Shown: positions 48,233-57,763 of the stretch, in pieces
Layout of the letters: each line of letters starts with the position of its first letter
Numbering within the stretch: position 1 is the stretch's first letter
Assembly: GCA_016875015.1 (NCBI GenBank)
Contig: VGSJ01000006.1
Coordinates: 1-63,660, forward strand
Source of the DNA: Deltaproteobacteria bacterium
GTDB lineage: Bacteria; Desulfobacterota; Desulfobaccia; Desulfobaccales; 0-14-0-80-60-11
Reading direction: 5' to 3'
Length of the DNA: 63,660 nucleotides
Program-made: the position numbers and the translations under genes
The notes under the pieces: generated by a model
Databases searched by the model: none
The model's input: only the letters and a program-made list of their open reading frames with translations
Told to the model about the DNA's origin: nothing

Positions 48233-48503
48233 GAATTATCCCTCCTGCCTGGTTGTGATACAGCTTTGCCGTTCCGGAGGCTTCCATTATAGATGCGCGG
48301 CTGGATTCTGGCCAGGGCCATTTTTGCGGTGCAGATGGCCAGAGGCGGCGGCAGCCTTCCCCGCCTGGCGGAGGGCCTGATTAACCCGCTATCCCGGGAA
48401 TCAATGCCCCGGCAACTTCGAGCTTGACTTTACCCATTCAGCCATTAAGTTAAGTTTTACCAAGAAAAGCCGTTTTACCCTAAAAAGGAAAGGGTGACAG
48501 ATT

Positions 48504-48947
48504 ATGCGTACGAACCGGATTATTCTCAGCCTGGCCATGGCGGCCGTTCTTCTGTTGGTGGTCACCCCGGGCGTCGCCCAGGGACCGTATTACCCGGTGG
48601 GGTCCGTATCCGTTGACATGACTTCCGTGGCGGCGGGCGTGGGCGCCAGCTGGGGGAGCGGCGTCCTCAGGTTCAAAGGGCAACGCCTCCTCTTCAAGAT
48701 TGACGGCCTCAGCGTGGGCAGCGTGGGGGTTTCGTCCATCAGCGCGGTGGGCAATGTCTACAACATGACCAGCATTTCTCAGTTTTCCGGCAATTATGCG
48801 GCCGTCGGCGCGGGCGTCACCCTGGCCGGAGGCGTGGCCGGCCTGAAGATGCAGAACCAGAGCGGCGTCATCATCAATCTGTATGCCACGCAGGCAGGGG
48901 TGCAGCTGAACATCGGACCCCAGGGTTTCACCATCAGCATGAGATAG
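48504..48947 (+). CDS. Secreted DUF1134/EipA-like beta-rich protein
   Basis: Signal peptide, GVGASWGSGVL, GLSVGSVG, FSGNY and MQNQSGV. Confidence 0.65.
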   Translation: MRTNRIILSLAMAAVLLLVVTPGVAQGPYYPVGSVSVDMTSVAAGVGASWGSGVLRFKGQRLLFKIDGLSVGSVGVSSISAVGNVYNMTSISQFSGNYAAVGAGVTLAGGVAGLKMQNQSGVIINLYATQAGVQLNIGPQGFTISMR

Positions 48948-49034
48948 GCAAACCCCGCGTGGTGCGTGAGACGCACCCTACTAGGCTTTATTAACCGAAC
49001 CTTGAACCTTGAACTTTGAGTCATTCGGTTAGTC

Positions 49035-49823
49035 TCACGCCGTGGCGCTCATGCGGCCCAGGTAGGCCTCAATGACCAGGGGGTTGTGGCGCACCGCGTC
49101 CGGGGTCCCCTGGGCGATGCGGCTGCCGCCGTCCAGGACCACGACGTGGTCCGAGACCCCCATCACCATTTCCATGTCGTGTTCCACCAGGATCATGGTC
49201 TTGCCCGCCAGCCGCATCTGGCGGATGAAGTCGGCCACCGTCGCGGTCTCCTCGGGATTGAGGCCCGCCACCGGCTCGTCCAGCAGGGTCAGGACGGGCT
49301 GGGACACGAAGGCCCGGGCCATCTCCACCCGTTTCTTGTCCCCATAGGGCAGCGCCCCCACGGGCCAGCCGGCCTTATCCGCCAGGCCGAAGGCGTCCAG
49401 GGCCTCCAGGGCCGTGAGTTTGAGCCGCCGCTCCTGGTGGCGCAACCCGGGGGGGCGTAGGAGCGCCTCCAAAAAGGAGGCGCCGGCCTGGACCGTTAGT
49501 CCGCAGAGGACGTTGTCCAGGACCGTGAGACGCGGAAAGATGCGGAGGTTTTGAAAGGTCCGGGAGATTCCCAGCCGGGCCACCCGGTGAGCCGGCAACC
49601 CGGCAATATCGGCGCCCTCGAACCGGATGGCCCCCGCGTCGGGCCGGATGATCCCGGTGAGGCAGTTGATGAGGGTGGTTTTGCCGGCCCCGTTGGGGCC
49701 GATGAGGGCGGTGACCTGGCCCCGGACGGCGAGAAAACTCACGTCGGCCAGGGCCGGCAGACCGCCGAAATGCTTGCTGAGGCCGGATACCTGGAGGAGC
49801 GGTACTTGATTGGCTTGGTCCAT
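49035..49823 (-). CDS. Branched-chain amino acid ABC ATP-binding protein (LivG-like)
   Basis: LIGPNGAGKTT, RTFQNLR, LPYGDKKRVE, LDEPVAG and VIEAYLG. Confidence 0.9.
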   Translation of the reverse strand: MDQANQVPLLQVSGLSKHFGGLPALADVSFLAVRGQVTALIGPNGAGKTTLINCLTGIIRPDAGAIRFEGADIAGLPAHRVARLGISRTFQNLRIFPRLTVLDNVLCGLTVQAGASFLEALLRPPGLRHQERRLKLTALEALDAFGLADKAGWPVGALPYGDKKRVEMARAFVSQPVLTLLDEPVAGLNPEETATVADFIRQMRLAGKTMILVEHDMEMVMGVSDHVVVLDGGSRIAQGTPDAVRHNPLVIEAYLGRMSATA

Positions 49824-49998
49824 GGGTAAACCAAGTGACACAGGCGCCTGGCCTCTATATTGTTATAAACCGGGAAAAGATAATTTACCAGAGCGTCTGC
49901 TGATATTGACTAAGACGATAATGTTAGGTCGCCCAAAAGTTGAAATTTAAGGATGACCAGAAGAAAGTTTGGCTTCATAGCTGACCGCTGACAGCTAT

Positions 49999-50934
49999 CT
50001 AAACAAAAAGGGAACTCACGGAATCCTGATTGTGGATCCTTTTGATGGCCTCCCCCAGGAGGGGGGCCACGGACAGGACCCGGATTTTTTCCAACGCCGC
50101 GGCCTCAGGGGTGAGAGGAATGGTGTCGGTGACCGCCAGGGTCTGGACCATGGACCCGTGGAGGTTGCTCACCGCGTGGCGCGACATCACCGCATGGGTG
50201 ACGCAGGCATGGACCGTGCGCACTCCGTGACGCATCAGCAACTCCGACGCCATCGTCAGGGTGGCCCCGGTGGTGACCATGTCATCCAGGATGATGGCCT
50301 CCTTGCCCCAGACATTGCCGATAAGGGTCATGGCCTTGATGCCCGCGGCGTCCCGCCGTTTATCAATGATCGCCAGGGAGGTGTTCAGGCGCTTGGCAAA
50401 GGCCCGGGCCCGCTCCACCCCGCCGGCATCAGGAGATACCACCACCACGTCGCCGGCGAAATTCTCCCGGATATACTCCAGGGTCACGGGGGCGGCGTAC
50501 AGATGGTCCACCGGAATATTGAAAAATCCCTGAATCTGCCCCGTATGCAGGTCCATGGTGATCATCCGGTTGGCGCCCGCAATGGTGATAAGATCGGCCA
50601 CCAGCTTGGCGGAAATGGGGGTCCGGGGCGCGGTCTTCCGATCCTGGCGGGCATAGGCGTAGTAGGTCACCACCGCGGTGATGCAGCGGGCCGAAGCCCG
50701 CTTCAGGGCGTCAAGCATGATGCACAGTTCCAACAGGTGTTCGTTGCAGGGGATGCAGGTGGGCTGAATGACGTAAACATCCTTACCCCGGACATTCTCC
50801 CGAAACTCCACCGAGATTTCCCCGTCGGAAAACCGCCCCACCACCGCGTCTCCCAGAGGAATCTGGAGATGCCGGCAAATCTTCTCCGCCAGGGGCCGGT
50901 TGGCATTGCCGGTAAAGACTTTTAGATCGTCCAT
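49999..50934 (-). CDS. prs: Ribose-phosphate pyrophosphokinase
   Basis: FSDGEI, YYAYARQDRK, DLHTGQIQGFF and VSPDAGGV; start at ATG 50934. Confidence 0.93.
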   Translation of the reverse strand: MDDLKVFTGNANRPLAEKICRHLQIPLGDAVVGRFSDGEISVEFRENVRGKDVYVIQPTCIPCNEHLLELCIMLDALKRASARCITAVVTYYAYARQDRKTAPRTPISAKLVADLITIAGANRMITMDLHTGQIQGFFNIPVDHLYAAPVTLEYIRENFAGDVVVVSPDAGGVERARAFAKRLNTSLAIIDKRRDAAGIKAMTLIGNVWGKEAIILDDMVTTGATLTMASELLMRHGVRTVHACVTHAVMSRHAVSNLHGSMVQTLAVTDTIPLTPEAAALEKIRVLSVAPLLGEAIKRIHNQDSVSSLFV

Positions 50935-51791
50935 GCGTCGCGCTCCCAGGCCGTCTCGGGTTCCGGGCCGGTGAGGCCCCGGGCCACGACCAGCCAGCCC
51001 CGGAAAGTCCGGCGCAACCTCAGGCCCGCCTGATGCGCCGCCTCCCGGGTCCGAAACAGGCCGAAGAGGGTGGGGCCGCTCCCGGAAACACCCTGGCACC
51101 AGGCCCCCGCGTCGCGGAGGCCGGCCAGGAGCTGCGCCAGTTCGGGCAAGCGCTTCACCGCCACCGTCCCCAGATCGTTGCGCACCCAGGTTTCCGGGTG
51201 TTCCGGGTCCCAGGCCTCAGTCGCCGGCGGACCCGGCAGACCGGCAAGATCCAGGTTTTCATAAACCCAGCGGGTGGATAAGGGCGCCCCGGGGTTAACC
51301 AGCAGATACCAGTAAGGGAGTAAGGTCACGGCGCTGAGTTGGGCGCCGGTGCCGCGCCCCACCGCCGGCTCCCGAGCCAGAAAGAACGGCACGTCAGCCC
51401 CCAAAAGGCTGGCCAGGCGGTGCAGGCGCCCCTGGGGGAGCGGCTTGCCGGCCAGATCATTCAAGGCCAGCAATGTGCCGGCGGCGTCGCTGCTGCCGCC
51501 CCCCAGTCCGGCGGCCACGGGTATTCGCTTGGCAAGGTAAAGGCGCACCCCCGGCGTAAGCCCCGTCTCCTCCTGAAACTGCCGGGCCGCCCGCCAGACC
51601 AGGTTCTCTTCCCCCTGGGGCAGATCCGGATGGTCGCACCTGAGGCTGATACCCTCCCCGGCCAGGGTGACGGTCAGTTCATCGGCCAGGGTCAAGGGCT
51701 GCATCACGGTCACCACTTCATGGTAACCGTCGGGGCGGCGGCCCACCACCCTGAGATAGAGGTTGACCTTGGCGGGGCACCACACCCGCAT
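50922..51791 (-). CDS. ispE: 4-diphosphocytidyl-2-C-methyl-D-erythritol kinase
   Basis: PAKVNLYL..RPDGYH, KRIPVAAGLGGGSSDAA, GADVPFF and SGSGPT. Confidence 0.95.
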   Translation of the reverse strand: MRVWCPAKVNLYLRVVGRRPDGYHEVVTVMQPLTLADELTVTLAGEGISLRCDHPDLPQGEENLVWRAARQFQEETGLTPGVRLYLAKRIPVAAGLGGGSSDAAGTLLALNDLAGKPLPQGRLHRLASLLGADVPFFLAREPAVGRGTGAQLSAVTLLPYWYLLVNPGAPLSTRWVYENLDLAGLPGPPATEAWDPEHPETWVRNDLGTVAVKRLPELAQLLAGLRDAGAWCQGVSGSGPTLFGLFRTREAAHQAGLRLRRTFRGWLVVARGLTGPEPETAWERDAWTI

Positions 51792-51814
51792 CGCTTCCCC
51801 GGTGGCGCCCGTAA

Positions 51815-52228
51815 TCAGCCTACCTCCCTGACGTACGCCATCCGCAAATCATAGAGCAGGTGATCGAAGAGGTTTTCTTCCTCTGCCGTCAGGTTGTTCC
51901 GGGTCTTGTTCCGCAGCAGGCCCAGCAGGTCAATGGTCTGCTTGACCAGGGGCAGATTCTTCTCCACCTTGCCGGTGTTGGGGTCCGGAATAGCTCCCAG
52001 GTGGACGAAAGCCGAGGAACTCAACGAAAAAAGCAGGGAAGAGAAGGTGATTTCGGGAAGCGGCAATTCCTGGGCAGTTTTGTCGGCCTCAGCCGCCGCC
52101 TTCTGGGAAGCCTCCTGAAAAGCCTCTTCGGCCCCCGCCTTCTCCCGGAGTTTGTCCTTCTCCGACTCGCTCAGGTGCAGATGCCGCCGGTCTTCGACGG
52201 TATAACCTTTGTCTTCGTCCTCACCCAT
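51815..52228 (-). CDS. DUF1844-domain protein
   Basis: EDRR, LG..PDP, KQTIDLL..KTRNNL..EE and LYDLRMAYV. Confidence 0.88.
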   Translation of the reverse strand: MGEDEDKGYTVEDRRHLHLSESEKDKLREKAGAEEAFQEASQKAAAEADKTAQELPLPEITFSSLLFSLSSSAFVHLGAIPDPNTGKVEKNLPLVKQTIDLLGLLRNKTRNNLTAEEENLFDHLLYDLRMAYVREVG

Positions 52229-52260
52229 GCTTGCCTCCGGCCTTTACGGGTCGCGCCGCT

Positions 52261-53844
52261 CTAAAGCTCCAACTGGTAGGCCATGGCCACATGTTCCAGG
52301 TCCAGCACATCTTTAAGGCATTCCGGGGTGACGGGGGTGTCGGTGGTAAGCAGGATGATGTTCTGCCCCCTCTCTTTTTCCTGGCCCACGGTCATCCGGG
52401 CGATGTTGATATTGTGCTTGCCGATGGTGGTGCCGATGGCGCCGATTACCCCGGGGCGATCGGTGTTGTAGATGAACAGCATGTGCCCCGCGGGGATGAC
52501 CTCCATCCGAAACTTGTTGATTCGGACCAGGCGCGGCTCGTATTTTCCGAAGATGGTCCCGGCCACCAAGTTTTCCTCATTGCCGGCCTTGACGGTCAAA
52601 CGGATCAGGGTGGAGAAATCCTCCGTGGCATCCGCCTTCTCTTCGCTGATATGGATACCCCGGGAGGCCGCCATGGCGGGGGCATTGACGTAGTTCACTT
52701 CATCGCCCACCACCGGAGAGAGCAAGCCTTTCAGGATGGAATGGGTCAAAGGCTTGGTGTCCAGTTTGGCCACCTCCCCGACATAGGCAATGGCCACGGC
52801 GATGATGGGGCCTTCGTTGATCTGCGCCTGAAAAGCTCCCATGGCCTCGGCCAAAGTGAGATAGGGCCTCAGTTGGCCCATGGCTTCCTGGGAAACCGAG
52901 GGGGCGTTCACCGCGTTCTTGATGGTCCCGTAGAGCAGCAGTTCCAGAATCTGCTCGCACACGGCCACCGCCACATTGGCCTGGGCTTCTTCGGTAGAGG
53001 CGCCCAAATGCGGGGTGCAGACAATATTGGGCAGCTCCCGCAGCGGCCAGTCGGCAACCGGCGGCTCGGTCTCGAAGACGTCCAGGGCGGCGCCGGCCAC
53101 TTTGCCGGCCTTCAAGGCTTCGAGCAAGGCCGCTTCGTCGATCAGACCGCCCCGGGCGCAGTTAATGAGGCGCACGCCTGGCTTCATCTTCATGAAGGCT
53201 TCCCGGCTCAGGAGCTTGGCCGTATCCTTGGTCTTGGGGGTGTGAATGGTGATGAAGTCGGAACGGGCCAGGAGTTCGTCCAGGGAAACCGACTCCACCC
53301 CGATCTTGGCGGCCAATTCCTTGGTAATGAAAGGGTCATAGCACAGGACCCGCATCCTCAAGCCCAGGCCTCTCTCGGCCACCACGGTGCCGATGCGCCC
53401 CATGCCGATGATTCCCAGGGTCTTGTTGAACAGTTCGGTGCCCTGGAATTTCTTCTTATCCCACTTGCCCTCCCGCATGGAATTGGCGGCCTGGGGAATG
53501 TTGCGGGCCAGGGCCATCATAAGCGACAAGGCGTGCTCGGCCGTGGTGATGGTGTTGCCCCCGGGGGTGTTCATCACCACGATGCCCCGTTTCGAGGCCG
53601 CCGGGATGTCCACGTTGTCCAGCCCGGTGCCGGCCCGGCCCACTACCTTTAACCGGGGCGCGGCGGCGATCAACTCGGCCGTTACCTTGGTGGCGCTGCG
53701 GATGACCAGGGCGTCGGCATCCTTGATTTCGGCCAGCAACTCCTCCGGTTTCATGCCGGGGCGGTTCACCACGTCAATGTTGGGATGGGATTTGAGGATG
53801 TCAATCCCCGCCTGATGCAAGTTATCGCTGATCAGAACTTTCAT
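52261..53844 (-). CDS. serA: D-3-phosphoglycerate dehydrogenase
   Basis: IRSATKVT, GRAGTGLDNVD, GMGRIG, NCARGG and TPHLGASTEEAQ, with a C-terminal ACT domain. Confidence 0.95.
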   Translation of the reverse strand: MKVLISDNLHQAGIDILKSHPNIDVVNRPGMKPEELLAEIKDADALVIRSATKVTAELIAAAPRLKVVGRAGTGLDNVDIPAASKRGIVVMNTPGGNTITTAEHALSLMMALARNIPQAANSMREGKWDKKKFQGTELFNKTLGIIGMGRIGTVVAERGLGLRMRVLCYDPFITKELAAKIGVESVSLDELLARSDFITIHTPKTKDTAKLLSREAFMKMKPGVRLINCARGGLIDEAALLEALKAGKVAGAALDVFETEPPVADWPLRELPNIVCTPHLGASTEEAQANVAVAVCEQILELLLYGTIKNAVNAPSVSQEAMGQLRPYLTLAEAMGAFQAQINEGPIIAVAIAYVGEVAKLDTKPLTHSILKGLLSPVVGDEVNYVNAPAMAASRGIHISEEKADATEDFSTLIRLTVKAGNEENLVAGTIFGKYEPRLVRINKFRMEVIPAGHMLFIYNTDRPGVIGAIGTTIGKHNINIARMTVGQEKERGQNIILLTTDTPVTPECLKDVLDLEHVAMAYQLEL

Positions 53845-54986
53845 GCCCCCGCCTCCTTGGTCAGGATCGCCTGGGCCGCCCGCAATCCGGCGCCCGGCTC
53901 CACCTTATATCCCAACCCGCTGAGCACCGTCTCCAAACCGCCGAGGGTGCCAAGCAGATCCACGGTGTCAATAAATCCCATGTGGGCGATGCGGAAGATC
54001 TTGCCCTTGGCTTGGGCCTGGCCGCCGGCGATCCAGATCCCCTGCTCCCTAAGCTTGCTCACCACCTTCTGACCGTCAATTCCGGCCGGGGCTTCCACCG
54101 CGGTCAGGACCTGCGAGGGATAGTCCTTGGAATAGAGACTGAGCCCCATGGCCGCCATGGCCGCCTTGGTGGCCTCGGACAGCCGCCGGTTGTGGGCATA
54201 GATCTTCTCGAGCCCGTTTTTCTTGACCTTGGCCAGGACTTCCTGCAAGCCCAAAATCAGGGACACCGGTGAGGTATAAGGCGTCTGGTTCTTCCCCTGG
54301 GACTTGAGCTGCTTGGTAAAATCGAAATAATATTTGGGCAGGGTGGACTTTTTGACAAAATCCCAGGCCTTGCCGCTCAGGGCCGCAAACGCCAGGCCCG
54401 GGGGCAGCATCATGGCTTTTTGCGAGCCCGCCACCAGCACGTCGATCCCCCACTCGTCCATGGGGAGCTCATAGCCTCCCAGGGCCGAGATGGCGTCCAC
54501 TATCAGGATGGTGCCCGGGCGGTTTTTGGTCACCGCCGCCAGTTCTTTCACCGGGTGCTGCACGCCGGTGGAGGTTTCATTGGCCTGAACCATGACCGCC
54601 TTGATCTCCGGATGGGCATCCAGGATCTTGGCCACTGCTTTGGGGTCCACGGCCCGGCCCCATTCCACCGCGAGGCGATTCACCTTGACCCCGTACACAT
54701 TGCACAGTTCGGTCCAGCGCTCGCCAAACTTGCCGCCGTCCACCACCAGGGCCGTATCCCCCGAGGACAGGGTGTTGGCCACCGCCCCTTCCATGGCGCC
54801 GGTGCCGGTGGCGGTAAAAATGAGCACTTCCTGCTCCGTTTGGAACAGATATTTCAGACCATCCCTCACCTCCCCCAGGATCTCCATGAATTGGGGCGAG
54901 CGGTGGTGAATAATGGGCTGAGCCATAGCCAACTGTGTTTCCGGGGCAACCGGGGTCGGTCCCGGGGTCATCAAATACATTTTCAT
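53841..54986 (-). CDS. Class V PLP aminotransferase (alanine-glyoxylate/serine-pyruvate type; probable SerC substitute)
   Basis: MTPGPTPV, TGAMEG, NETSTGV, VDAIS and GSQKAMMLPPG; translationally coupled to serA. Confidence 0.9.
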   Translation of the reverse strand: MKMYLMTPGPTPVAPETQLAMAQPIIHHRSPQFMEILGEVRDGLKYLFQTEQEVLIFTATGTGAMEGAVANTLSSGDTALVVDGGKFGERWTELCNVYGVKVNRLAVEWGRAVDPKAVAKILDAHPEIKAVMVQANETSTGVQHPVKELAAVTKNRPGTILIVDAISALGGYELPMDEWGIDVLVAGSQKAMMLPPGLAFAALSGKAWDFVKKSTLPKYYFDFTKQLKSQGKNQTPYTSPVSLILGLQEVLAKVKKNGLEKIYAHNRRLSEATKAAMAAMGLSLYSKDYPSQVLTAVEAPAGIDGQKVVSKLREQGIWIAGGQAQAKGKIFRIAHMGFIDTVDLLGTLGGLETVLSGLGYKVEPGAGLRAAQAILTKEAGA

Positions 54987-55054
54987 CGTCCGTACCTAAC
55001 CTTGCAACCTCGCCAACCAGCGAGGGTATTTGTAAGAAGCCTCTGGAATTAGTA

Positions 55055-55083
55055 ATTCTATTTGGAAGTAGTGTTGCTGTCAA
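55055..55083 (-). promoter_or_regulatory. Putative sigma70 promoter of the aminotransferase-serA operon
   Basis: Minus strand TTGACA-17 nt-TAGAAT. Confidence 0.65.
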
Positions 55084-55128
55084 GCCTTCGGTCCGAGGAT
55101 TTGTGAAACAAAGCACAGGTGGATTATC

Positions 55129-56334
55129 TTATCTCAGATCCAGAGCCACCTTGAGGCTTTGATGGCGGCGCTTGTCAAAGGCCACCTGGAAGGCCCGGCG
55201 ATAATCGGCCAGACGAAAGAGGTGAGAAACCAGCCCCTGTGAGGGATAATCTCCCTGGGCCAGCAATTCCACGGCCTTTTCATAGGTGCGCACCGTCTTG
55301 CCCTGACAGAGGCCGTGGGCGTACATGGCGGAACCGGTGAGCCTGAGCTCCCGAAACCACAGGCTGGAGAAGTCCACCGGCCCCAGAGCGCCGGCGGTGC
55401 CCACCAGGACAAAAGTCCCCCGGCCCCGCAGGGTCAGGAGCCCCTCTTGCATGGAGCTTTTACTCCCCACGCAGTCAAAAAACAGGTCGGCGCCGCCCTC
55501 CAGGTTGCCGCCCCCCAGGGTGGTGGGCGCCAGGCGGGCCCCCACAGCCTCTCCCAGCATGGTCCGGCTGGGGCTTGACATGACGACATTGGCTCCACCT
55601 TCCAGGGCCAGTTCTGCCTGGAACCGGTGCCGGGCCACCATCACCACCCGGGCCAAGGAGCCCAGGACCCGGAGCAGGCGGATCAAATGCTGCCCGATGA
55701 TGCCGGCGCCGAAGATCACCACGGTGTGCCGGTCTTCCGGGAAGTTATCCAGGACGGGCTGGAGGGCCGAGGCCAGGGAATCGGTGAGCACGGCCACCTC
55801 ATCGGGGACGTTATCCGGCACCCGCACCAGCCGGCTGGTATGGGCGGCCATCATCTCGGCCATGCCGCCCCCCACGCCCCGGGTGAAGCCTAGAATCACC
55901 CCGGGGGCCAACTCTCCGCCCAGAAAGTTCTCGCAGAGGTTGTAGGCTCCGGCGGCGCAATAGCGGCACGGCGGCGCCCCCCTGACGGCGCAGGGGAGGA
56001 CCGGTTCCACCGCCACCCGGTCGCCCGCCCCCCACTCTGACCCCGGGGGGGCCTCCACCACTTCGGCCACCACTTCGTGCCCCAGCACCGCCGGGAGGGA
56101 GGCATAAGGCTCCAGCAACAGGGACTCGGCCCCTTTTAAGAGCCTCAGGTCCGAGCCGCAGATGCCGCACAGGCGGGGGCGCAGCACCACCCAGGCCGGC
56201 CCGGGGGGCCTGAAGTCGATCTCCTGCAACTTGAGAGGCGCCACCCGGGCGAAAAAAGTCCGGGGCCAGAAGCGGTTCAAGCCTTTGACCAACAGGTAGC
56301 GGCACACCGAGCGATAGTAAACCAGCGCTTTCAT
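55129..56334 (-). CDS. Zinc-dependent medium-chain dehydrogenase
   Basis: CGICGSD, LGHE, structural Cys cluster (C..CRYC..NLC) and GAGIIG. Confidence 0.9.
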   Translation of the reverse strand: MKALVYYRSVCRYLLVKGLNRFWPRTFFARVAPLKLQEIDFRPPGPAWVVLRPRLCGICGSDLRLLKGAESLLLEPYASLPAVLGHEVVAEVVEAPPGSEWGAGDRVAVEPVLPCAVRGAPPCRYCAAGAYNLCENFLGGELAPGVILGFTRGVGGGMAEMMAAHTSRLVRVPDNVPDEVAVLTDSLASALQPVLDNFPEDRHTVVIFGAGIIGQHLIRLLRVLGSLARVVMVARHRFQAELALEGGANVVMSSPSRTMLGEAVGARLAPTTLGGGNLEGGADLFFDCVGSKSSMQEGLLTLRGRGTFVLVGTAGALGPVDFSSLWFRELRLTGSAMYAHGLCQGKTVRTYEKAVELLAQGDYPSQGLVSHLFRLADYRRAFQVAFDKRRHQSLKVALDLR

Positions 56335-56548
56335 GATGTTTGATTCATCGGGGGACAGGTATCATCCCCGGTAATGCTAAGGACTCTGGCCCGGGAAGGG
56401 CCGCTTGTCAAGACCATTCTTTCCCCTCTTTCGTCTATTTCGTCTAGGGGTTGGGGATTCCGCCGTACTGGGGTATAATGGCTGATAATACGGGACTCGT
56501 CGGGGCCCGCGCCGCTTATTATAACAAATATCAAGGCACAAGGTTTTC

Positions 56549-57763
56549 ATGGGGACAAGGAGCAGAATCGCGCTGGGAATGGTGGTCAAAAACTTCCGGC
56601 GCCTGGCGAAACATCCCTGGATCGGCGCCAAGCTGGCGACTCTCCAGGGCGAAAAGTGGCTCTTTAATCTGCTCTATCCCCAGGCCCAAACCGGAGAAGC
56701 TAACAAGATCCGCCAGTTGAGCTTCCGCATCACCGACCTCTGCAATCTGCGCTGCCACACCTGCGGCCAGTGGGGCGACCAGGGGTTTCTCCACGGCCAG
56801 AATCTGCGGGACTTGAAGCAGAGCGAGGTCTCTCTGGACCGCTACCTGGAAGTCCTGGGGGACCTGACGCGTCACGGCCACCACCCCTTTGTCTATCTCT
56901 GGGGCGGCGAACCCATGCTCTACGAGGGCTCTCTTAAGCTGATCGAAGCGGCCACCGCCCTTAAGTTGCCCACCGCCATCGCCACCAACGGCACCCGGAT
57001 AGCCGCAGCCGCCGAGCGGCTGGTCCGGGCGCCCATGTTTCTCCTGCAGATTTCCATCGACGGCCCCGATGCCGCCCTGCACAACCAGGCGCGTCCGGGG
57101 GTGGGGGGGGCCGACAACTTCGCCGATATTCAGGCCGCCCTGGCCGCGGTGGGTGAGGCCAAGCGGGCCCGCGGCAGCACCCTGCCCCTCATCGCCTCCC
57201 TGACCACCATTTCCCAGGCCAATTTCCGGCGCCTGGTGGACATTTACGACGCCTTCCGGGACAAGGTGGACCTGTTTGTCTTTTACCTGTCCTGGTGGAT
57301 CGACGAGGCGCGGTGCGAGGCCCACGAGGCGGACTTTCGCCGCCGCTTCGGGTTTACGCCCGTGCGGCCTCGGGGCTGGGTGGGAGGCTGGAAGCCGGAT
57401 GACTACCGGGAGCTGAACCGCCAGATCGAGTCAGTACTGGCGCGGTCCCGGCCGGGGACGGCCCCGCCGGTCACCCTGATCCCTTCCCTTACCGGGGAAG
57501 ACAACCTGCGCTCCTACTACACCGAACACCAAAACTACTTCGGCTTCAATCAGTGCATCTCCATCTTCCAGGCCGTGGAAGTCAACAGCAACGGCGATCT
57601 CTCGCCCTGCCGGGACTACCACGACTATGTGGTGGGGAACATCAAAGAGGCCACCATCACCGAGATCTGGAACTCCCCGGCTTACCGTAAGTTCCGGCAG
57701 AGTCTCGCCACCGAGGGGTTGATGCCGGTCTGCTCCCGCTGCTGCGGCTTGATGGGGTATTAA
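56549..57763 (+). CDS. Radical SAM protein with SPASM/Twitch domain
   Basis: CNLRCHTC, WGGEP, TNG and ISIDG; C-terminal C..NGDLSPC..GNI..IWN..CSRCC. Confidence 0.9.
   Translation: MGTRSRIALGMVVKNFRRLAKHPWIGAKLATLQGEKWLFNLLYPQAQTGEANKIRQLSFRITDLCNLRCHTCGQWGDQGFLHGQNLRDLKQSEVSLDRYLEVLGDLTRHGHHPFVYLWGGEPMLYEGSLKLIEAATALKLPTAIATNGTRIAAAAERLVRAPMFLLQISIDGPDAALHNQARPGVGGADNFADIQAALAAVGEAKRARGSTLPLIASLTTISQANFRRLVDIYDAFRDKVDLFVFYLSWWIDEARCEAHEADFRRRFGFTPVRPRGWVGGWKPDDYRELNRQIESVLARSRPGTAPPVTLIPSLTGEDNLRSYYTEHQNYFGFNQCISIFQAVEVNSNGDLSPCRDYHDYVVGNIKEATITEIWNSPAYRKFRQSLATEGLMPVCSRCCGLMGY

Noticed and set aside
54990-55050. Serine/glycine-type riboswitch before the aminotransferase-serA operon
   Set aside because: The leader is short, with one small hairpin (CCTCGC/GCGAGG) and no aptamer consensus.
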